A stretch of 64,000 nucleotides of DNA from Vulcanimicrobiota bacterium (GTDB lineage Bacteria; Vulcanimicrobiota; Vulcanimicrobiia; Vulcanimicrobiales; Vulcanimicrobiaceae), in NCBI GenBank assembly GCA_963812155.1, contig CAWETW010000002.1:256001-320000 (forward strand), written 5' to 3'. The position numbers and the translations under genes are program-made. Positions 13,599 to 25,413 of this stretch are shown here, in pieces. Under the pieces are notes generated by a model. It had not been told where the DNA came from. It did not search any database and was given only the letters and a program-made list of their open reading frames with translations. Within the stretch, counting starts at the first letter, position 1. Every line of letters begins with the position of its first letter.

Positions 13599-13725
13599 GG
13601 TTCCTTTCGTTGCGCGACAGGCTCAACCTCAGCGCCTCTTCGAGCTTTCCCTTTACCTCGGAGAGCGTGCGCCGAAAGCGCCGGCGCTCGAGATCGGTCG
13701 TGAATCTCACGCTAGTGTCCCGACA

Positions 13726-15438
13726 CTAAAAGACCGAGCGTTCGGTATAGCGGCCGTACACCTCGACCATCGCTTCGACGATCTCTCCCTCGGTGCAGTA
13801 CGCGTTGACGCAATCAATCAGATGCGGCATCACGTTGTCTTTCGGATCGCGGCACGCGCGCTGCAGCCGTTCCAGCGTGGCTCCTACCGCAGCCGCATCG
13901 CGGTTCGCACGCACGGCTTGAACCGAGCGTGCTTGCTCGCGCTCCATCTCCTGGGTGATCTTGAGTAAGTCGATCTCCATCTGTTCGTCGTCGCGCACGA
14001 ACGCGTTGACGCCGACGATGATGCGCTCCTTGCTTTCGATCGAACGCTGATACCGGTACGACGCTTCGGCGATCTCCTTTTGGAAGAATCCCGCCTCGAT
14101 CGCCTCGACGACGCCGCCGTATTCGGCGATCTGGGCGAAATAGGCCTCGGCTTGGCGTTCCATCTCGTCGGTCAGAGCTTCGACGTAGTACGATCCCCCG
14201 AGCGGATCGACGACGTTGGTGACGTTCGTTTCGTACGCAAGCACTTGCTGCGTGCGAAGCGCGATTTCGACCGACTTCTCGGTCGGCAGCGCCAGCACTT
14301 CGTCCATCGAGTTCGTGTGCAGCGACTGCGTACCGCCGAGAACCGCCGCCATCGCCTCGAAGGCCACGCGCACGATGTTGTTTTCGGGCTGCTGCGCGGT
14401 GGCGCTGCAGCCGGCGGTTTGCGTGTGGAAGCGCAGCTGCCACGACTTCGGATTCTTCGCGCCGTAGCGTTCGCGCATGTGGCGCGCGTAGATGCGGCGC
14501 GCGGCGCGGAACTTCGCGATCTCCTCGAAGAAGTCGACGTGCGAGTTGAAAAAGAACGAAAGGCGCGGAGCGAACGAGTCGACGTCCATCCCGGCGGCCA
14601 TGCAGGCTTCGACGTACGCGAATCCGTCGGCCAGCGTGAACGCGAGTTCTTGAGCCGCCGTCGAGCCGGCCTCGCGAATGTGATATCCGGAGATCGAGAT
14701 CGTGTTCCACTTCGGCATCTCTTGCGTGCAGAACTCGATCATGTCGACGATGATGCGCATGTGCGGACGCGGCGGAAAGATCCACTCTTTCTGCGCGATG
14801 TACTCTTTGAGAATGTCGGCTTGAATGGTGCCGCCGAGTTTCGCGCGCGGAATGCCCTTCTTCTCGGCAGCCGCTACGTATTGCGCGACCGCAATCGCGG
14901 CCGGTCCGTTGATCGTCATCGACGTCGTGATGTCGCCCATGTCGATACCGTCGAAGAGCACTTCCATGTCGGCCAGCGAGTCGATCGCGACGCCGCACTT
15001 GCCGACCTCGCCGAGCGCTTGCGGCGCATCGGAGTCGTATCCCATCAGCGTCGGCATGTCGAAGGCGACGGAGAGTCCGTGCTGCCCTTGTCCGAGCAGG
15101 AAATGATAGCGCTCGTTGGTCTGCTTGGCGGTGCCGAAGCCGGCGAACTGCCGCATCGTCCAGAGACGGTCGCGATAGCCGTTGGGATGGATGCCGCGCG
15201 TGTACGGATATTCGCCCGGCCACGCCAGATCGCGCGCCAGGTCGAGATGCGCGACGTCCTCGGGACCGTAGACGGTCTTCAGCGGAACGTCGGACATCGT
15301 GCGGTCGACCGCGCCGGAGCCGGCGCCTTTGCGCCGCTTCCCGCGCGCCGACAGCTCGTGCCAGCGTTGCTTCTGTTCCTCGAACTCCGGGGTCGCCGGC
15401 GCGCCCAGTCCACTCGGGCGCTCGATCATTTTGGCCAA
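13726..15438 (-). CDS. B12-dependent acyl-CoA mutase large subunit, isobutyryl-CoA mutase-type
   Basis: [48 protein letters not shown] and GGTQSLHTN. Confidence 0.92.
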   Translation of the reverse strand: MAKMIERPSGLGAPATPEFEEQKQRWHELSARGKRRKGAGSGAVDRTMSDVPLKTVYGPEDVAHLDLARDLAWPGEYPYTRGIHPNGYRDRLWTMRQFAGFGTAKQTNERYHFLLGQGQHGLSVAFDMPTLMGYDSDAPQALGEVGKCGVAIDSLADMEVLFDGIDMGDITTSMTINGPAAIAVAQYVAAAEKKGIPRAKLGGTIQADILKEYIAQKEWIFPPRPHMRIIVDMIEFCTQEMPKWNTISISGYHIREAGSTAAQELAFTLADGFAYVEACMAAGMDVDSFAPRLSFFFNSHVDFFEEIAKFRAARRIYARHMRERYGAKNPKSWQLRFHTQTAGCSATAQQPENNIVRVAFEAMAAVLGGTQSLHTNSMDEVLALPTEKSVEIALRTQQVLAYETNVTNVVDPLGGSYYVEALTDEMERQAEAYFAQIAEYGGVVEAIEAGFFQKEIAEASYRYQRSIESKERIIVGVNAFVRDDEQMEIDLLKITQEMEREQARSVQAVRANRDAAAVGATLERLQRACRDPKDNVMPHLIDCVNAYCTEGEIVEAMVEVYGRYTERSVF

Positions 15439-15524
15439 GCCGGTTCCTCTTTATATTCCTGGATGCGGTCCGTTATCGAGCCGCAACGCTTCGACGGGAG
15501 GCCGCGAATCTCCCCAAGCGGGTG

Positions 15525-16523
15525 CTAGTTGAGGCCTTTGACGGTGGCTCGCGGGCGGGGAACCGAACCGAAGTCATCACCTTCGCCGTCGTCTGCGCCA
15601 AAAGTCGTGAGGACTCGGTCGGCGGCGGCGTACGGGTCGATGCCCTCGGGAGCCGACCCTAGCAGCGTACGGTCGAGCCGCCGCTCCAAGCGGCCCAGGG
15701 CGAGTTGGCGAACTTGATGCAGAAATGCCTCGCGGCGTTTCTCGTGCACCTCGCCGGTCTCGTTCAAATACGCGATGTGACGCTCGATTGCCGCCCATAA
15801 ATCGGCGATCCCGTCGCCCGTGAGCGCCTGCGTCGTCACGAGTTCGGGAACCCAGCCGGGAAAATTCAGCATCTCCATCATCGAGCGAATCTCGCGGCGC
15901 AGTTGGTTCGCCATCGGGTGATCGGCTTTGTTGACGACGAAGACGTCGGCGATCTCCATGATGCCGGCCTTGAGCACCTGAATCGAATCGCCCGATCCCG
16001 GCTGCAGCGCGACGAGAGTCGTTTGCGCGAGCTCCGCGATCTCGATTTCGCTCTGACCGACGCCCACCGTCTCGATCAGCACGACGTCGAGGCCGAACGC
16101 ATCCATCAGCGATACGGCGTCGGCCGTGGCACCCGCGACGCCGCCGAGATGGCCGCGGCTCGCCATCGAGCGAATGAAGACGTCGTCGTCGGTGAAGTGC
16201 TCGGTAAGCCTGATCCGGTCGCCGAGCAGCGCGCCGTGCGAGAACGGCGAGGTCGGATCGACCGAAACGACGCCGACGCTCTTACCGAGTTCGCGCGCCG
16301 TGCGCACCAGCGCCGACGAGAGCGTCGATTTTCCGACGCCTGGCGGCCCGGTGAGACCGATAGTCGTCGCGCGTCCGGTGCTCGCGTAGAGCGCGCGAAT
16401 CAACTCCGCGCCGCGCCCCGCCTCGGCCCACGAAATGGCGCGCGCGAGCGCGCGCGGTTTGCGTTCGCGAAAATCGCTGAGCAGTTCGGTGAATTCGTAT
16501 CGCGGAGCCAAGGAGCGAATCAT
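15525..16523 (-). CDS. meaB: MeaB/ArgK-family GTPase chaperone of B12 mutases
   Basis: GLTGPPGVGKST, DPTSPFSHGALLGDRIR, ETVGVGQSE and NKAD. Confidence 0.93.
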   Translation of the reverse strand: MIRSLAPRYEFTELLSDFRERKPRALARAISWAEAGRGAELIRALYASTGRATTIGLTGPPGVGKSTLSSALVRTARELGKSVGVVSVDPTSPFSHGALLGDRIRLTEHFTDDDVFIRSMASRGHLGGVAGATADAVSLMDAFGLDVVLIETVGVGQSEIEIAELAQTTLVALQPGSGDSIQVLKAGIMEIADVFVVNKADHPMANQLRREIRSMMEMLNFPGWVPELVTTQALTGDGIADLWAAIERHIAYLNETGEVHEKRREAFLHQVRQLALGRLERRLDRTLLGSAPEGIDPYAAADRVLTTFGADDGEGDDFGSVPRPRATVKGLN

Positions 16524-16616
16524 TGCGGTCCGCGCACGCGCGGCCCTGCCTTGGGCAGTCTGTTCCTAAACCTTGCTCAAGGAGCGAAGGTCAATGCAAA
16601 GCGAAGGTTTGCTTTC

Positions 16617-18005
16617 ATGACCTTCCGGCGCATCGCCGCGCTGACGCTCGGCGTCGGATACGTATTAGCCGCGACGGCACCCGGGCGCGCGCAAACGCTG
16701 AACATCCCGGTCGCGTCGCAGATTCGCCCCATTGCGACGGCAGTGCTCTTCCAGGAGTTCTTCACCGATTTCTTCCCGGAGAGCGACGGCACGACGTACG
16801 TGCAGACCGGCGACATTCCGGCAATGTGGCTGCGCGACTCGGCCGCCCAGACGATCCCCTACATTCGCTTCGTCAAAGTGTATCCAGCGCTGCGCTCGGA
16901 GTTCTTCGGCGTTGTCCAGCGCGACGCCAAGAACATCCTCGTCGATCCGCACGCCGAAGCTTTCAGTGCCGACTATCACGTGTGGGAAGGAAAGTGGGAG
17001 ATCGATTCCTTGGCGTGGCCGGTCACGCTCGTCTTCATGTACTACGCCAATACGCACGACCGCACGATCTTCACGCCGACACTGCATCGCGCGCTTCAGA
17101 CGATCGTCTCCACGCTCCAGTGCGAGCAACGGCATGCGACCTGCAGTCACTACTCCTGGCCGCAAGCCGTCCCGACCCACAATCGATACAACCCCGGTAC
17201 GGGCATGATTTGGAGCGCGTTCCGGCCATCGGACGACCCGGTCACGTACCGGTTCAACGTTCCGCAGAACGCCTTCGCGGTGGTGGCGATGCGCCTGCTC
17301 GCCCAATTTGCGCGCGAAGTCTACGGAGACGCGAAGCTGGCGAGCGACGCGATGACGCTGGGAAATCAGGTGCAAGCCGGTATCGAGCGGTACGGACGCA
17401 CGTGGGACGCCGCGCACGGGTGGATGTACGTTTACGAAACCGACGGGTTCGGCAACGACAACCTCATGGACGACGCGAACATTCCGAATCTCACTGCGCT
17501 GCCGTATATCGGCTGGTGCGCGTCGAACGATCCAGTCTACCTCGGCACACGCGGCTTCACGCTGAGCAAATCCAATCCGTATTACTATTCGGGAAAGTAC
17601 GCGACGGGACTCGGCAGCCCGCACACGCCGGCCGGCTGGGTCTGGCCGCTCGGCATCATCGGTGCGGCGATCTCGACGCGCAACCGTCACGACATTACCC
17701 ACAGCATCGACATGCTCGACCAGAGCGATACGCTCAACGGTCTGATGCACGAATCGGTCGATCCCAACGACCCGTCGCGCTTCACGCGTCCCGAGTTCGG
17801 CTGGGCGAATGCGTTCTGGGCCGACCTGCTCTTTCGCACGGTCGCCGGGTATCCGGTGACTCCGTTCGCGCCGATGAGCACGGCCATCCCGTTCGAAAGT
17901 TATAGCGACGTTCCGCAGATTACATTGCTGCCGACGCAGTTGTTCAACACCGCCGAAATCAACTCGACCCTCGGATACCTCCTTTACCGTCGTGCTCGAC
18001 GCTGA
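16617..18005 (+). CDS. Glycoside hydrolase family 125 (exo-alpha-1,6-mannosidase-like) with signal peptide
   Basis: TGDIPAMWLRDS, WEGKWEIDSL, FRPSDD, MDDANIP, GSPHT, MHES and FGWAN; N-terminal signal ending in ARA/RAQ. Confidence 0.9.
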   Translation: MTFRRIAALTLGVGYVLAATAPGRAQTLNIPVASQIRPIATAVLFQEFFTDFFPESDGTTYVQTGDIPAMWLRDSAAQTIPYIRFVKVYPALRSEFFGVVQRDAKNILVDPHAEAFSADYHVWEGKWEIDSLAWPVTLVFMYYANTHDRTIFTPTLHRALQTIVSTLQCEQRHATCSHYSWPQAVPTHNRYNPGTGMIWSAFRPSDDPVTYRFNVPQNAFAVVAMRLLAQFAREVYGDAKLASDAMTLGNQVQAGIERYGRTWDAAHGWMYVYETDGFGNDNLMDDANIPNLTALPYIGWCASNDPVYLGTRGFTLSKSNPYYYSGKYATGLGSPHTPAGWVWPLGIIGAAISTRNRHDITHSIDMLDQSDTLNGLMHESVDPNDPSRFTRPEFGWANAFWADLLFRTVAGYPVTPFAPMSTAIPFESYSDVPQITLLPTQLFNTAEINSTLGYLLYRRARR

Positions 18006-18014
18006 CGTCCGCGG

Positions 18015-19157
18015 TTGACCGCGCTGCTTCTTGCGGCGGCGTTCGCACTGCCGGCCGCCGAACGAACGCAGATCGACGCCGTCGTCGCAAGCGTCACGCG
18101 CGAGCAGCACATCGCCGGCCTCTCGCTTGGAATCGCACGCAGCGGCAGACGGTTGTACCTGCGCGGATACGGATTGCGCGACGTCAATCGCGACCTGCCG
18201 GCCGATGGTTTCACCGTGTATCGCGCCGGCTCCATCGCTAAGCAGTTCACCGCCGCACTGGTCTTGCGCGCCGTAGAAGCTGGCCGAATGCACATGCCTG
18301 CGGTGGAGCATCTCCTGACCCAAACGAGCGGCGATTCCGGCGCATGGCATTACGACAACGCCAACTATGCGCAGCTCGGATTGATGCTGGAAGCCGCTTC
18401 CGGCCGCTCTTTTGAAAATCTGCTGCGGGAACGGATCACCGGCCCGCTGGGCTTGGAGTCGACGGGGTGCCGATTGCCGCCCTACGCCGGCAACGCCGCG
18501 CGCGGCTATGCATGGAACGGTTCGTGGACGGCTCTACAATCCGGCGACGACGTGCCGTGCAGTTCGGCCGGCCTAACGGCAAACGCGCCCGACCTCCTGG
18601 CTTGGCTGGAAGCGCTGCGCTCCGGAAGCATCGTCTCGGCGGCATCGTTCGCAGCAATGACGACGTCGGCGAGACTTCGCAGCGGGATCCCGGCGAACTA
18701 CGGATATGGTTTTTTCATCGCCGATTGGTTCGGATACACCGTTGCCGAGCATTCCGGGAACGTTCCCGGCTACTCGGCTCTCGACGCCGTCGTTCTGCGC
18801 GATGGCCTCGAAATCGCGGTCCTCACGAACGCCGACGCAGTAGACCTCACGCCCCTAGTCAAGAGTGTCGTCGCAGTCCTGGATCCGCCGCTCGATCGAA
18901 ATCTCGCAGCAACCGTCGGTGCGCCGCCGCAGAACGAGAATCTCGGCGTGACGGACGCGCTAAAAGCACTGCTGCAGACCTCCGGCTTCGCATCGTACGG
19001 AACGCTTGACGCCCTCGAGTTCGTCGAGCGTTCGGCCTCCGCCGCAACGACCTACGACAAGTATCGCGCCACCTTCTCGACCGGGCAATGGTGGGTGGTA
19101 TTAGGGTATCGTGCCGGCGATACGATCGTATCGCTCTCGCTCTCGCCGGTCCAATGA
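18015..19157 (+). CDS. Serine hydrolase, beta-lactamase/PBP-like family
   Basis: SxxK (SIAK), YxN (YDN) and HSG motifs; signal-like N-terminus. Confidence 0.8.
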   Translation: MTALLLAAAFALPAAERTQIDAVVASVTREQHIAGLSLGIARSGRRLYLRGYGLRDVNRDLPADGFTVYRAGSIAKQFTAALVLRAVEAGRMHMPAVEHLLTQTSGDSGAWHYDNANYAQLGLMLEAASGRSFENLLRERITGPLGLESTGCRLPPYAGNAARGYAWNGSWTALQSGDDVPCSSAGLTANAPDLLAWLEALRSGSIVSAASFAAMTTSARLRSGIPANYGYGFFIADWFGYTVAEHSGNVPGYSALDAVVLRDGLEIAVLTNADAVDLTPLVKSVVAVLDPPLDRNLAATVGAPPQNENLGVTDALKALLQTSGFASYGTLDALEFVERSASAATTYDKYRATFSTGQWWVVLGYRAGDTIVSLSLSPVQ

Positions 19158-20533
19158 AGCGGCTTGCGTCGGGCGCCGTCCTTGCCGCGTTGCTGGCGCT
19201 TTTGCTGCCCGCGCACGCGCGCGCCCAGGCGCTGGTCGTTCCGCTAACCGGGAAGCGCGTGCACGACGTCCAGCCGGACCGGTTTTTTCACACGCTCTTC
19301 TCCGACTTCTTTCCCGAAGACGACGCCACGACGTACGTCCAGACGGGAGACATTCCGGCGATGTGGCTGCGCGATTCGTCGGCGCAGACGATTCCCTACG
19401 TGCGCTTCCAAACGGCGTTCCCAATTCTGCGCGGGCGTTTCGCGGGGGTGATCGCGCGGAACGCGCGCAACATCGCCACCGATCCGTACGCGAACGCCTT
19501 TCAAGCCGACTACCACGTGTGGGAGCGCAAATGGGAAGTCGACTCGCTGGCGTGGCCGGTCGTGCTCACGTGGGTGTACTGGCGGCTCACGCGCGACGAA
19601 ACGATCTTCTCGCCGGAACTCCACGTCGCGATGCGGACCATCGTCGCGACCTACGCATGCGAGGAGCGCCATCGTCAGTGCAGCCGGTACGTCTATCCGT
19701 ATCGCGTCTCGACCAATAACGCGTACGCCGCCAACACGGGATTGATTTGGGGGGCATTCCGGCCGTCCGACGATGCGGTGCTCTATCGTTTCAACATTCC
19801 GCAAAACGCGCTAGCCGTCGTGGCGCTGCGCGAAATCCGGATGCTCGCGCTTCAAGGCTACGGCGACGGAGAGCTTTCTAACGCCGCGGGTTCGCTGAGC
19901 GACCGCGTGGAGAGTGGGATTCAGCGCTTCGGCCGCTTCTTCAACGTGAAGCGGCGCGCGTGGATGTACGCCTACGAAACCGACGGATACGGCCGCAACA
20001 ATCTCATGGACGACGCCAACCTCCCCAATCTCACGACGCTCCCGTACATCGATTGGTGCTCCGCGTTCGACCCCACGTATCTCAATACGCGCGCCTTTGC
20101 ATTGAGCTCCGACAATCCGTTCTTCTTCAAGGGACGTTACGCCGCAGGATTGGGCAGTCCACATACGCCGCCCAACTACGTGTGGCCGCTGGGCATCATC
20201 GGGCGCGCGCTGACGGCGACGGGTTCCGGCGAGGTTGCCGAAGCGATTACCACGCTGGCGGAAACCGATGGCGAGTCGGGCATGATTCACGAGAGTTTTT
20301 ACGACGACGGCTATTGGCGTTATACGCGCGCCGAGTTCGGCTGGGCCAACGCGCTCGGCGCCGACCTGTTCTTTCGAAGCCTCGGCGGATTTGCATCGAC
20401 GCAGTTCATGCCCGACGGGGCGGTGCTGCCCTTCCAGCGGCGTACCCCGACGCCGACGCTGGTGCCCGCGTACACGCAGTTGGAAAACGCGCGCAAGATC
20501 GTTCGCGCGCTCGGGCGCCTGCTCGAACGTTGA
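19154..20533 (+). CDS. Second GH125 glycoside hydrolase with signal peptide
   Basis: Same motifs as the first copy (TGDIPAMWLRDS, WERKWEVDSL, FRPSDD, MDDANLP, IHES); ATGA overlap with the upstream gene. Confidence 0.9.
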   Translation: MKRLASGAVLAALLALLLPAHARAQALVVPLTGKRVHDVQPDRFFHTLFSDFFPEDDATTYVQTGDIPAMWLRDSSAQTIPYVRFQTAFPILRGRFAGVIARNARNIATDPYANAFQADYHVWERKWEVDSLAWPVVLTWVYWRLTRDETIFSPELHVAMRTIVATYACEERHRQCSRYVYPYRVSTNNAYAANTGLIWGAFRPSDDAVLYRFNIPQNALAVVALREIRMLALQGYGDGELSNAAGSLSDRVESGIQRFGRFFNVKRRAWMYAYETDGYGRNNLMDDANLPNLTTLPYIDWCSAFDPTYLNTRAFALSSDNPFFFKGRYAAGLGSPHTPPNYVWPLGIIGRALTATGSGEVAEAITTLAETDGESGMIHESFYDDGYWRYTRAEFGWANALGADLFFRSLGGFASTQFMPDGAVLPFQRRTPTPTLVPAYTQLENARKIVRALGRLLER

Positions 20534-20592
20534 GCATTCCGCGCGAGCGTTGAGCGGGATGCGCCGGGCGCATCGCCAACGAGCAAACCGGT

Positions 20593-23500
20593 ATGAATCA
20601 GGGCTATTATCGGTATCCTACGATCGCCGGCGACCGGATCGTTTTCGTCTGCGAAGACGATCTTTGGAGCGCCGGCGCGGACGGCGGAGTTGCACATCGC
20701 CTCACGGTGAGCTTCGGCATGTGTTCGTATCCACGGCTTTCACCCGACGGACGCTCCGTTGCGTTCGTTTCGACCGACGAAGGGAATCCCGAGGTCTACG
20801 TGATGCCGGCGGACGGCGGCGTCCCCAAGCGCCTGACGTTTCTCGGAGCCTCGCAGGCGGCCGTTTGCGCGTGGTCGCCGGACGGTAGTGAGATCTACTT
20901 CGTTGCGAATCCGACGACGTGGGACGAGCAGGCGCGGCCGTTTGCGACCACCGTGGAAGGAGCCGTACGGGAACTCGGCCTCGGACACGCGCGCTCGTTG
21001 GGGCTCGCGAACGACGGCGGAATCGCGCTCGGACGTAACGCCGTCGACGCGGCTCGGTGGAAACGCTATCGCGGGGGTACCGCGGGCGAAATATGGTTCG
21101 CTTCCCAAGCAAGTGGAACGTTCCGCAAGCTGCCGCTTCCCGACGGGAATCCGACGTGGCCCATGCCGATCGGCGAACGCATTTATTTTCTCTCGGATCA
21201 CGAAGGCATCGGCAACCTGTACTCGTGCGACCTCGAAGGGAACGGCGTCTCTTGTCACACGCAGGAGCGGGAATACTATGCGCGCTTTCCGTCGACCGAC
21301 GGCAAGCGCATCGTCTATTCGGCCGGCGGAGAGATCGCATGCTTCGACGCGACGACCGGCGACACGCGGCGCGTTCCGATCGAAACGCACTCCGCCGCGC
21401 CCCAAACGGTGCGCCGTTTCGAGGACGGATCCTCGTCGTTGGAGCACTTTGCGCCGCATCCCGACGGTACGCGCATCGCATTCGTTTCGCGCGGCCAAGC
21501 GTTCACGATGCCGCTCTTCGAAGGCGCCGTCAACCATCACGGTGCCGGCAGCGCGTCGCGCGTTCGATTGACCGAATGGCTCGCCGACGGCAAGCGATTC
21601 GCCTGCGTCACCGATGCCGGCGGCTACGAACGCATCGCGGTCTTTCGCGCGGATTCCGCGCGGGAACCAGAGATTGTGACCAGCGGCGACATCGGGCGCG
21701 TTACGGCACTCGTCTGCTCGCCCTCGAGCGACACGCTGGCGTTTGCCAACCATCGCCACGAACTCTGCGCCGTCGATCTCGAGGACGGTTCGGTGCGCAA
21801 GCTCGACACGAGCCCCACAAGGCGCGTCGAGGATCTCGCATTCTCTCCCGATGGGCGCTATCTCGCCTACGTCTGGTGGGCGGCGCAGCAAACCTCCATC
21901 GTGCGCATCGTCAAAATACGTTCCGGCAAAATCCACGACGTCACGACGCCGCTGCGCGTCGATCGCTCCCCGGTGTGGGACCCAGCCGGAAAGTATCTGT
22001 ATTTCATTTCTACGCGCGATTTCAATCCGGTCTACGACGCGCTGCAGTTCGAGTTGAGTTTTCCGCAGGCGGGCAGGCCGTTTGCCGTCACGCTGCGCGA
22101 CGACGTTCCTTCGCCGTTCGTGCCGCCGCCCAAACCCGTGCACCGCGCGCACGAGCAGGAACGTGAGGAAAAAAAGAAGCGCGACAAGGCGGTCGACGTC
22201 GATATCGATTTCGACGGAATCACGGGCCGCGTGCTCGGATTTCCGGTCGACGAAGGAGAGTACGGCCAAATCGTCGCGCTCGCCGATCGGGTGCTATTCA
22301 CACGTTTTCCGCTTCAGGGCATCAAACCGACGCGGCGCGAGGATCGTGAAGAGAACGAGCCCGGAACGCTCTACGCGTACGACTTCGAACAGCAACGTCA
22401 GGCGACGATCGCGCAGGAGTGCGAGGAGATTCGACTCAGCGCCGACGCACGCACGCTGGTCTACCGCTCGCAAGACCGGTTGCGCGCGATCGACGCGCTC
22501 AACGACCTTCCCGAGGAAGGCGACGAGCCGAAGCCGGCATCCGAACCCGGTCGCAAGAGCGGATGGATCGATCTCGATCGCGCGAGCGTCGAGGTCGTTC
22601 CGCGCGACGAATGGGCGCAGATGTACCGCGAAGCGTGGCGTCTGCAAGCCGAGCAGTTCTGGGTAGAAGACATGAGCAACATCGATTGGAAGCGCGTGTA
22701 TGCGCGCTACGATGCGGTCTTGCCGCGCGTACGGACGCGTGGCGAACTTTCCGATCTCATCTGGGAGATGCAAGGCGAGCTCGGAACGTCGCACGCCTAC
22801 GAATACGGAGGCGACTACCGCGTCCCGCCGCAATACCAGCGCGGATTTCTCGGCGCCGATCTGGTTTGGGACGAAGCGCGAAAGGGTTATCGCATCGAGC
22901 GCATCTATCGCGGCGACTCGTGGAACCGCGACACCGATTCGCCCCTGGCCGAACCCGGGCTGGCCGTACGCGAAGGCGACGTCGTCGTCGCCATCGGCGG
23001 CAAGCGCCTTTCGCGCGAAACGACGCCCGAACGCCTGCTGGTCAACACCGCGGGACGCGACGTTTCGGTGACGCTGCGGGCGCGACGCGACGAAGAACGG
23101 ACGGTGCTCGTCAAAGCGCTTGAAAGCGAGCACGCCTTGCGCTACCGCGCGTGGGTCGAAGCCAACCGGCGTCTCGTCCACGAACGGACCGGCGGCCGCA
23201 TCGGATACCTGCACGTACCCGACATGGGACCGTGGGGATTCTCCGAGTTTCATCGCGGATTCTTGAGCGAGTTCGATCGCAAAGGCTTGCTCGTGGACGT
23301 TCGCTACAATCGCGGCGGACACGTCTCGTCGCTGCTTTTGGAGAAGTTGGCGCGCAAGCGCGTCGGCTACGACGTGCCGCGCTACGGAGCGCCCGTCCCG
23401 TATCCGCCGGAATCGGTCGCCGGCCCGCTCGTCGCGCTCACGAATCAGTTTGCCGGTTCGGACGGCGACATCTTCAGCCATTGTTTCAAGCTCTACCGGC

Positions 23501-23809
23501 TCGGGCCGCTCGTCGGGAAACGCACGTGGGGAGGCGTCATCGGCATCGAACCCTATCATTATCTCGTCGACGGCACGCTTACGACGCAACCGGAGTTCTC
23601 GTTTTGGTTCGCCGACGTCGGCTGGCGCGTCGAAAACTACGGCACCGATCCAGACGTACGACGTCGACGTCGCGCCGCACGACTATCGCGACGGAAAGGA
23701 TCCGCAGTTGGACACGGCGCTCGAGTTGATGGAACGCGCGCTTGCCGATTTCGTCGACGTTCGTCCCGACATGACGGCGCGTCCGTCGCTGCCCTTGCCC
23801 GAGGCCTAA
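20593..23809 (+). CDS. Tricorn protease homolog (S41), apparent frameshift ~23656
   Basis: GYYRYPTI..FVCEDDLW, WKRYRGGTAG, GELGTSH, PDZ, DVRYNRGG, AGSDGD and GKRTWGG. The C-terminal DPQLD..L is in a shifted frame ending at TAA 23809. Confidence 0.9.
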
Positions 23810-25285
23810 GTGTCTTCGCGCCGGCGGCTCGCGTGCGATTTGGCCGCGTTTCTCGTGCCGGCGATCGTATACGTCGCCAGCGCGTCGCACGAGCCGGCAT
23901 CGTGGGACACGGCCGAGTTGCAAGGCGTGCCCTACATCCTCGGCATCACGCACCCGACCGGTTTTCCGTTCTACGTGCTGCTCGGGTGGGTGTGGTCGCA
24001 CGCGATTCCGCTCGGCACGATCGCGTTCAGGCTGAACGTTTTTAGTGGGGTCGCGCTCGCCGCCGCCGCGGCCCTAGCGTACGCGTGCGCGCTGGAGTTA
24101 GGTGCGTGGCCCCCGGTCGCGCTCGCGGCGTCGCTGTGGTTTTCGTTTACGCAGAACGTGTGGTCGCACGGTGCGCGCGCCGAAGCGCAGGATTTGGCGG
24201 TCGCCTGCGAAGCGTTCGCGTTGTACGCATTCCTGCGATGGATGCGCGGACACGGCGATCGCTGGTTTTTGGCGGCATTTGCCGGCTTTGGTCTGGGCAT
24301 TGCAGCACATCCCAACGCGATTTGGCTGGCGCCGGGTCTCGCCGCCGGCGCAATCGTCGCGCGATCGCGTCCTACGGCCAGGCTTCTCGCCGGAGCGCTC
24401 GCGCTGACGGCCGCCGGATTGCTGCTGTACCTGTATCTTCCGTTACGTTCTGCATACGTCGTCGCGCACGGCCTCGACCCGGCGCACGTGCTGCCAGGCG
24501 CGGGCGGCGGAATCTTTTGGAACTATAACGACCCGAGCACTCCGGCCGGGTTCGTGCGGGCGTTGACCGGAACGGAGTCCGACGCGCCGCACTTCTTGCT
24601 GGCATCGCTCAATCCGTTGCACGCACAGGATGCGCTGTGGGCCTTCTTCTCGGCAATCGGCGAACAGTTCGGCGCCTTCGCGTTGATCGTCGTACTCGCC
24701 GGCGCCGTTTCGGCGTGGAAACGCGATTGGCGAACCACGCTGTTTCTCTGCATTGCGTGTACCGCCGCACTGCTGTTCTCGGTGACGTATCCAAACGAAG
24801 CCGACGTCGGACGTTACCGCATGCTCGCACTGTGGCTCGCGGTCCCGCTGCTCGGCGCGCTCGCGCCCTCCGGCGGCGCATCGGCGAGGAGTTCCTCGCT
24901 GCGCGCGCTCCTCGCCGCATTTCTCTGCGCGGGCGCGTTGATTTCGCTCGTGTCGCATCGCAGCTTCTTCACGCGTGCACCGCGCGAAGGCGGACGCTGG
25001 GTCATCGATGCCGTCCGCCCGTTCGTTCCGCCCGGTGGGGTGGTGGTCGTCGACGGCTGGATCGACGCAACGTCGCTGGCGTACGGCGCGTACGTCGACC
25101 AATCGCTTCCGGGACGAATCGTCGTCTCCGGTTGGGACCGCGCCGACATGGGAAACTACCGAGCCTGGGCGAGCGGACGGCCCGTTTTCGTTCTCACCGA
25201 TCCGCACGTCGAAGGGTCGCTCCCGGGTGCGACGCCGGCCGCGCGGCTGGATGCCTACCACGAGCTTTTCAAAGTCGAGCGATAG
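23810..25285 (+). CDS. DUF2723/TMEM260-like GT-C glycosyltransferase
   Basis: [18 protein letters not shown], many TM helices and YLYLPLR. Confidence 0.75.
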   Translation: MSSRRRLACDLAAFLVPAIVYVASASHEPASWDTAELQGVPYILGITHPTGFPFYVLLGWVWSHAIPLGTIAFRLNVFSGVALAAAAALAYACALELGAWPPVALAASLWFSFTQNVWSHGARAEAQDLAVACEAFALYAFLRWMRGHGDRWFLAAFAGFGLGIAAHPNAIWLAPGLAAGAIVARSRPTARLLAGALALTAAGLLLYLYLPLRSAYVVAHGLDPAHVLPGAGGGIFWNYNDPSTPAGFVRALTGTESDAPHFLLASLNPLHAQDALWAFFSAIGEQFGAFALIVVLAGAVSAWKRDWRTTLFLCIACTAALLFSVTYPNEADVGRYRMLALWLAVPLLGALAPSGGASARSSSLRALLAAFLCAGALISLVSHRSFFTRAPREGGRWVIDAVRPFVPPGGVVVVDGWIDATSLAYGAYVDQSLPGRIVVSGWDRADMGNYRAWASGRPVFVLTDPHVEGSLPGATPAARLDAYHELFKVER

Positions 25286-25290
25286 GAATC

Positions 25291-25356
25291 GTTTTGCAGC
25301 AGTGCAAAACCAACCATCCAACGATTGGATTTGACCCATCCAATGCACCGATCCAA
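25291..25356. promoter_or_regulatory. Putative operator/promoter region of aceA-aceB
   Basis: GTTTTGCA-N4-TGCAAAAC palindrome; ATCCAA repeats at 25316, 25338 and 25351, with inverted TTGGAT at 25325; TTGACC at 25331. Confidence 0.45.
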
Positions 25357-25413
25357 AGATCGTACCGGAGCCAGCCAATCTCCGAACGCTACACCGGAGG
25401 AGGAGCCAACGCC

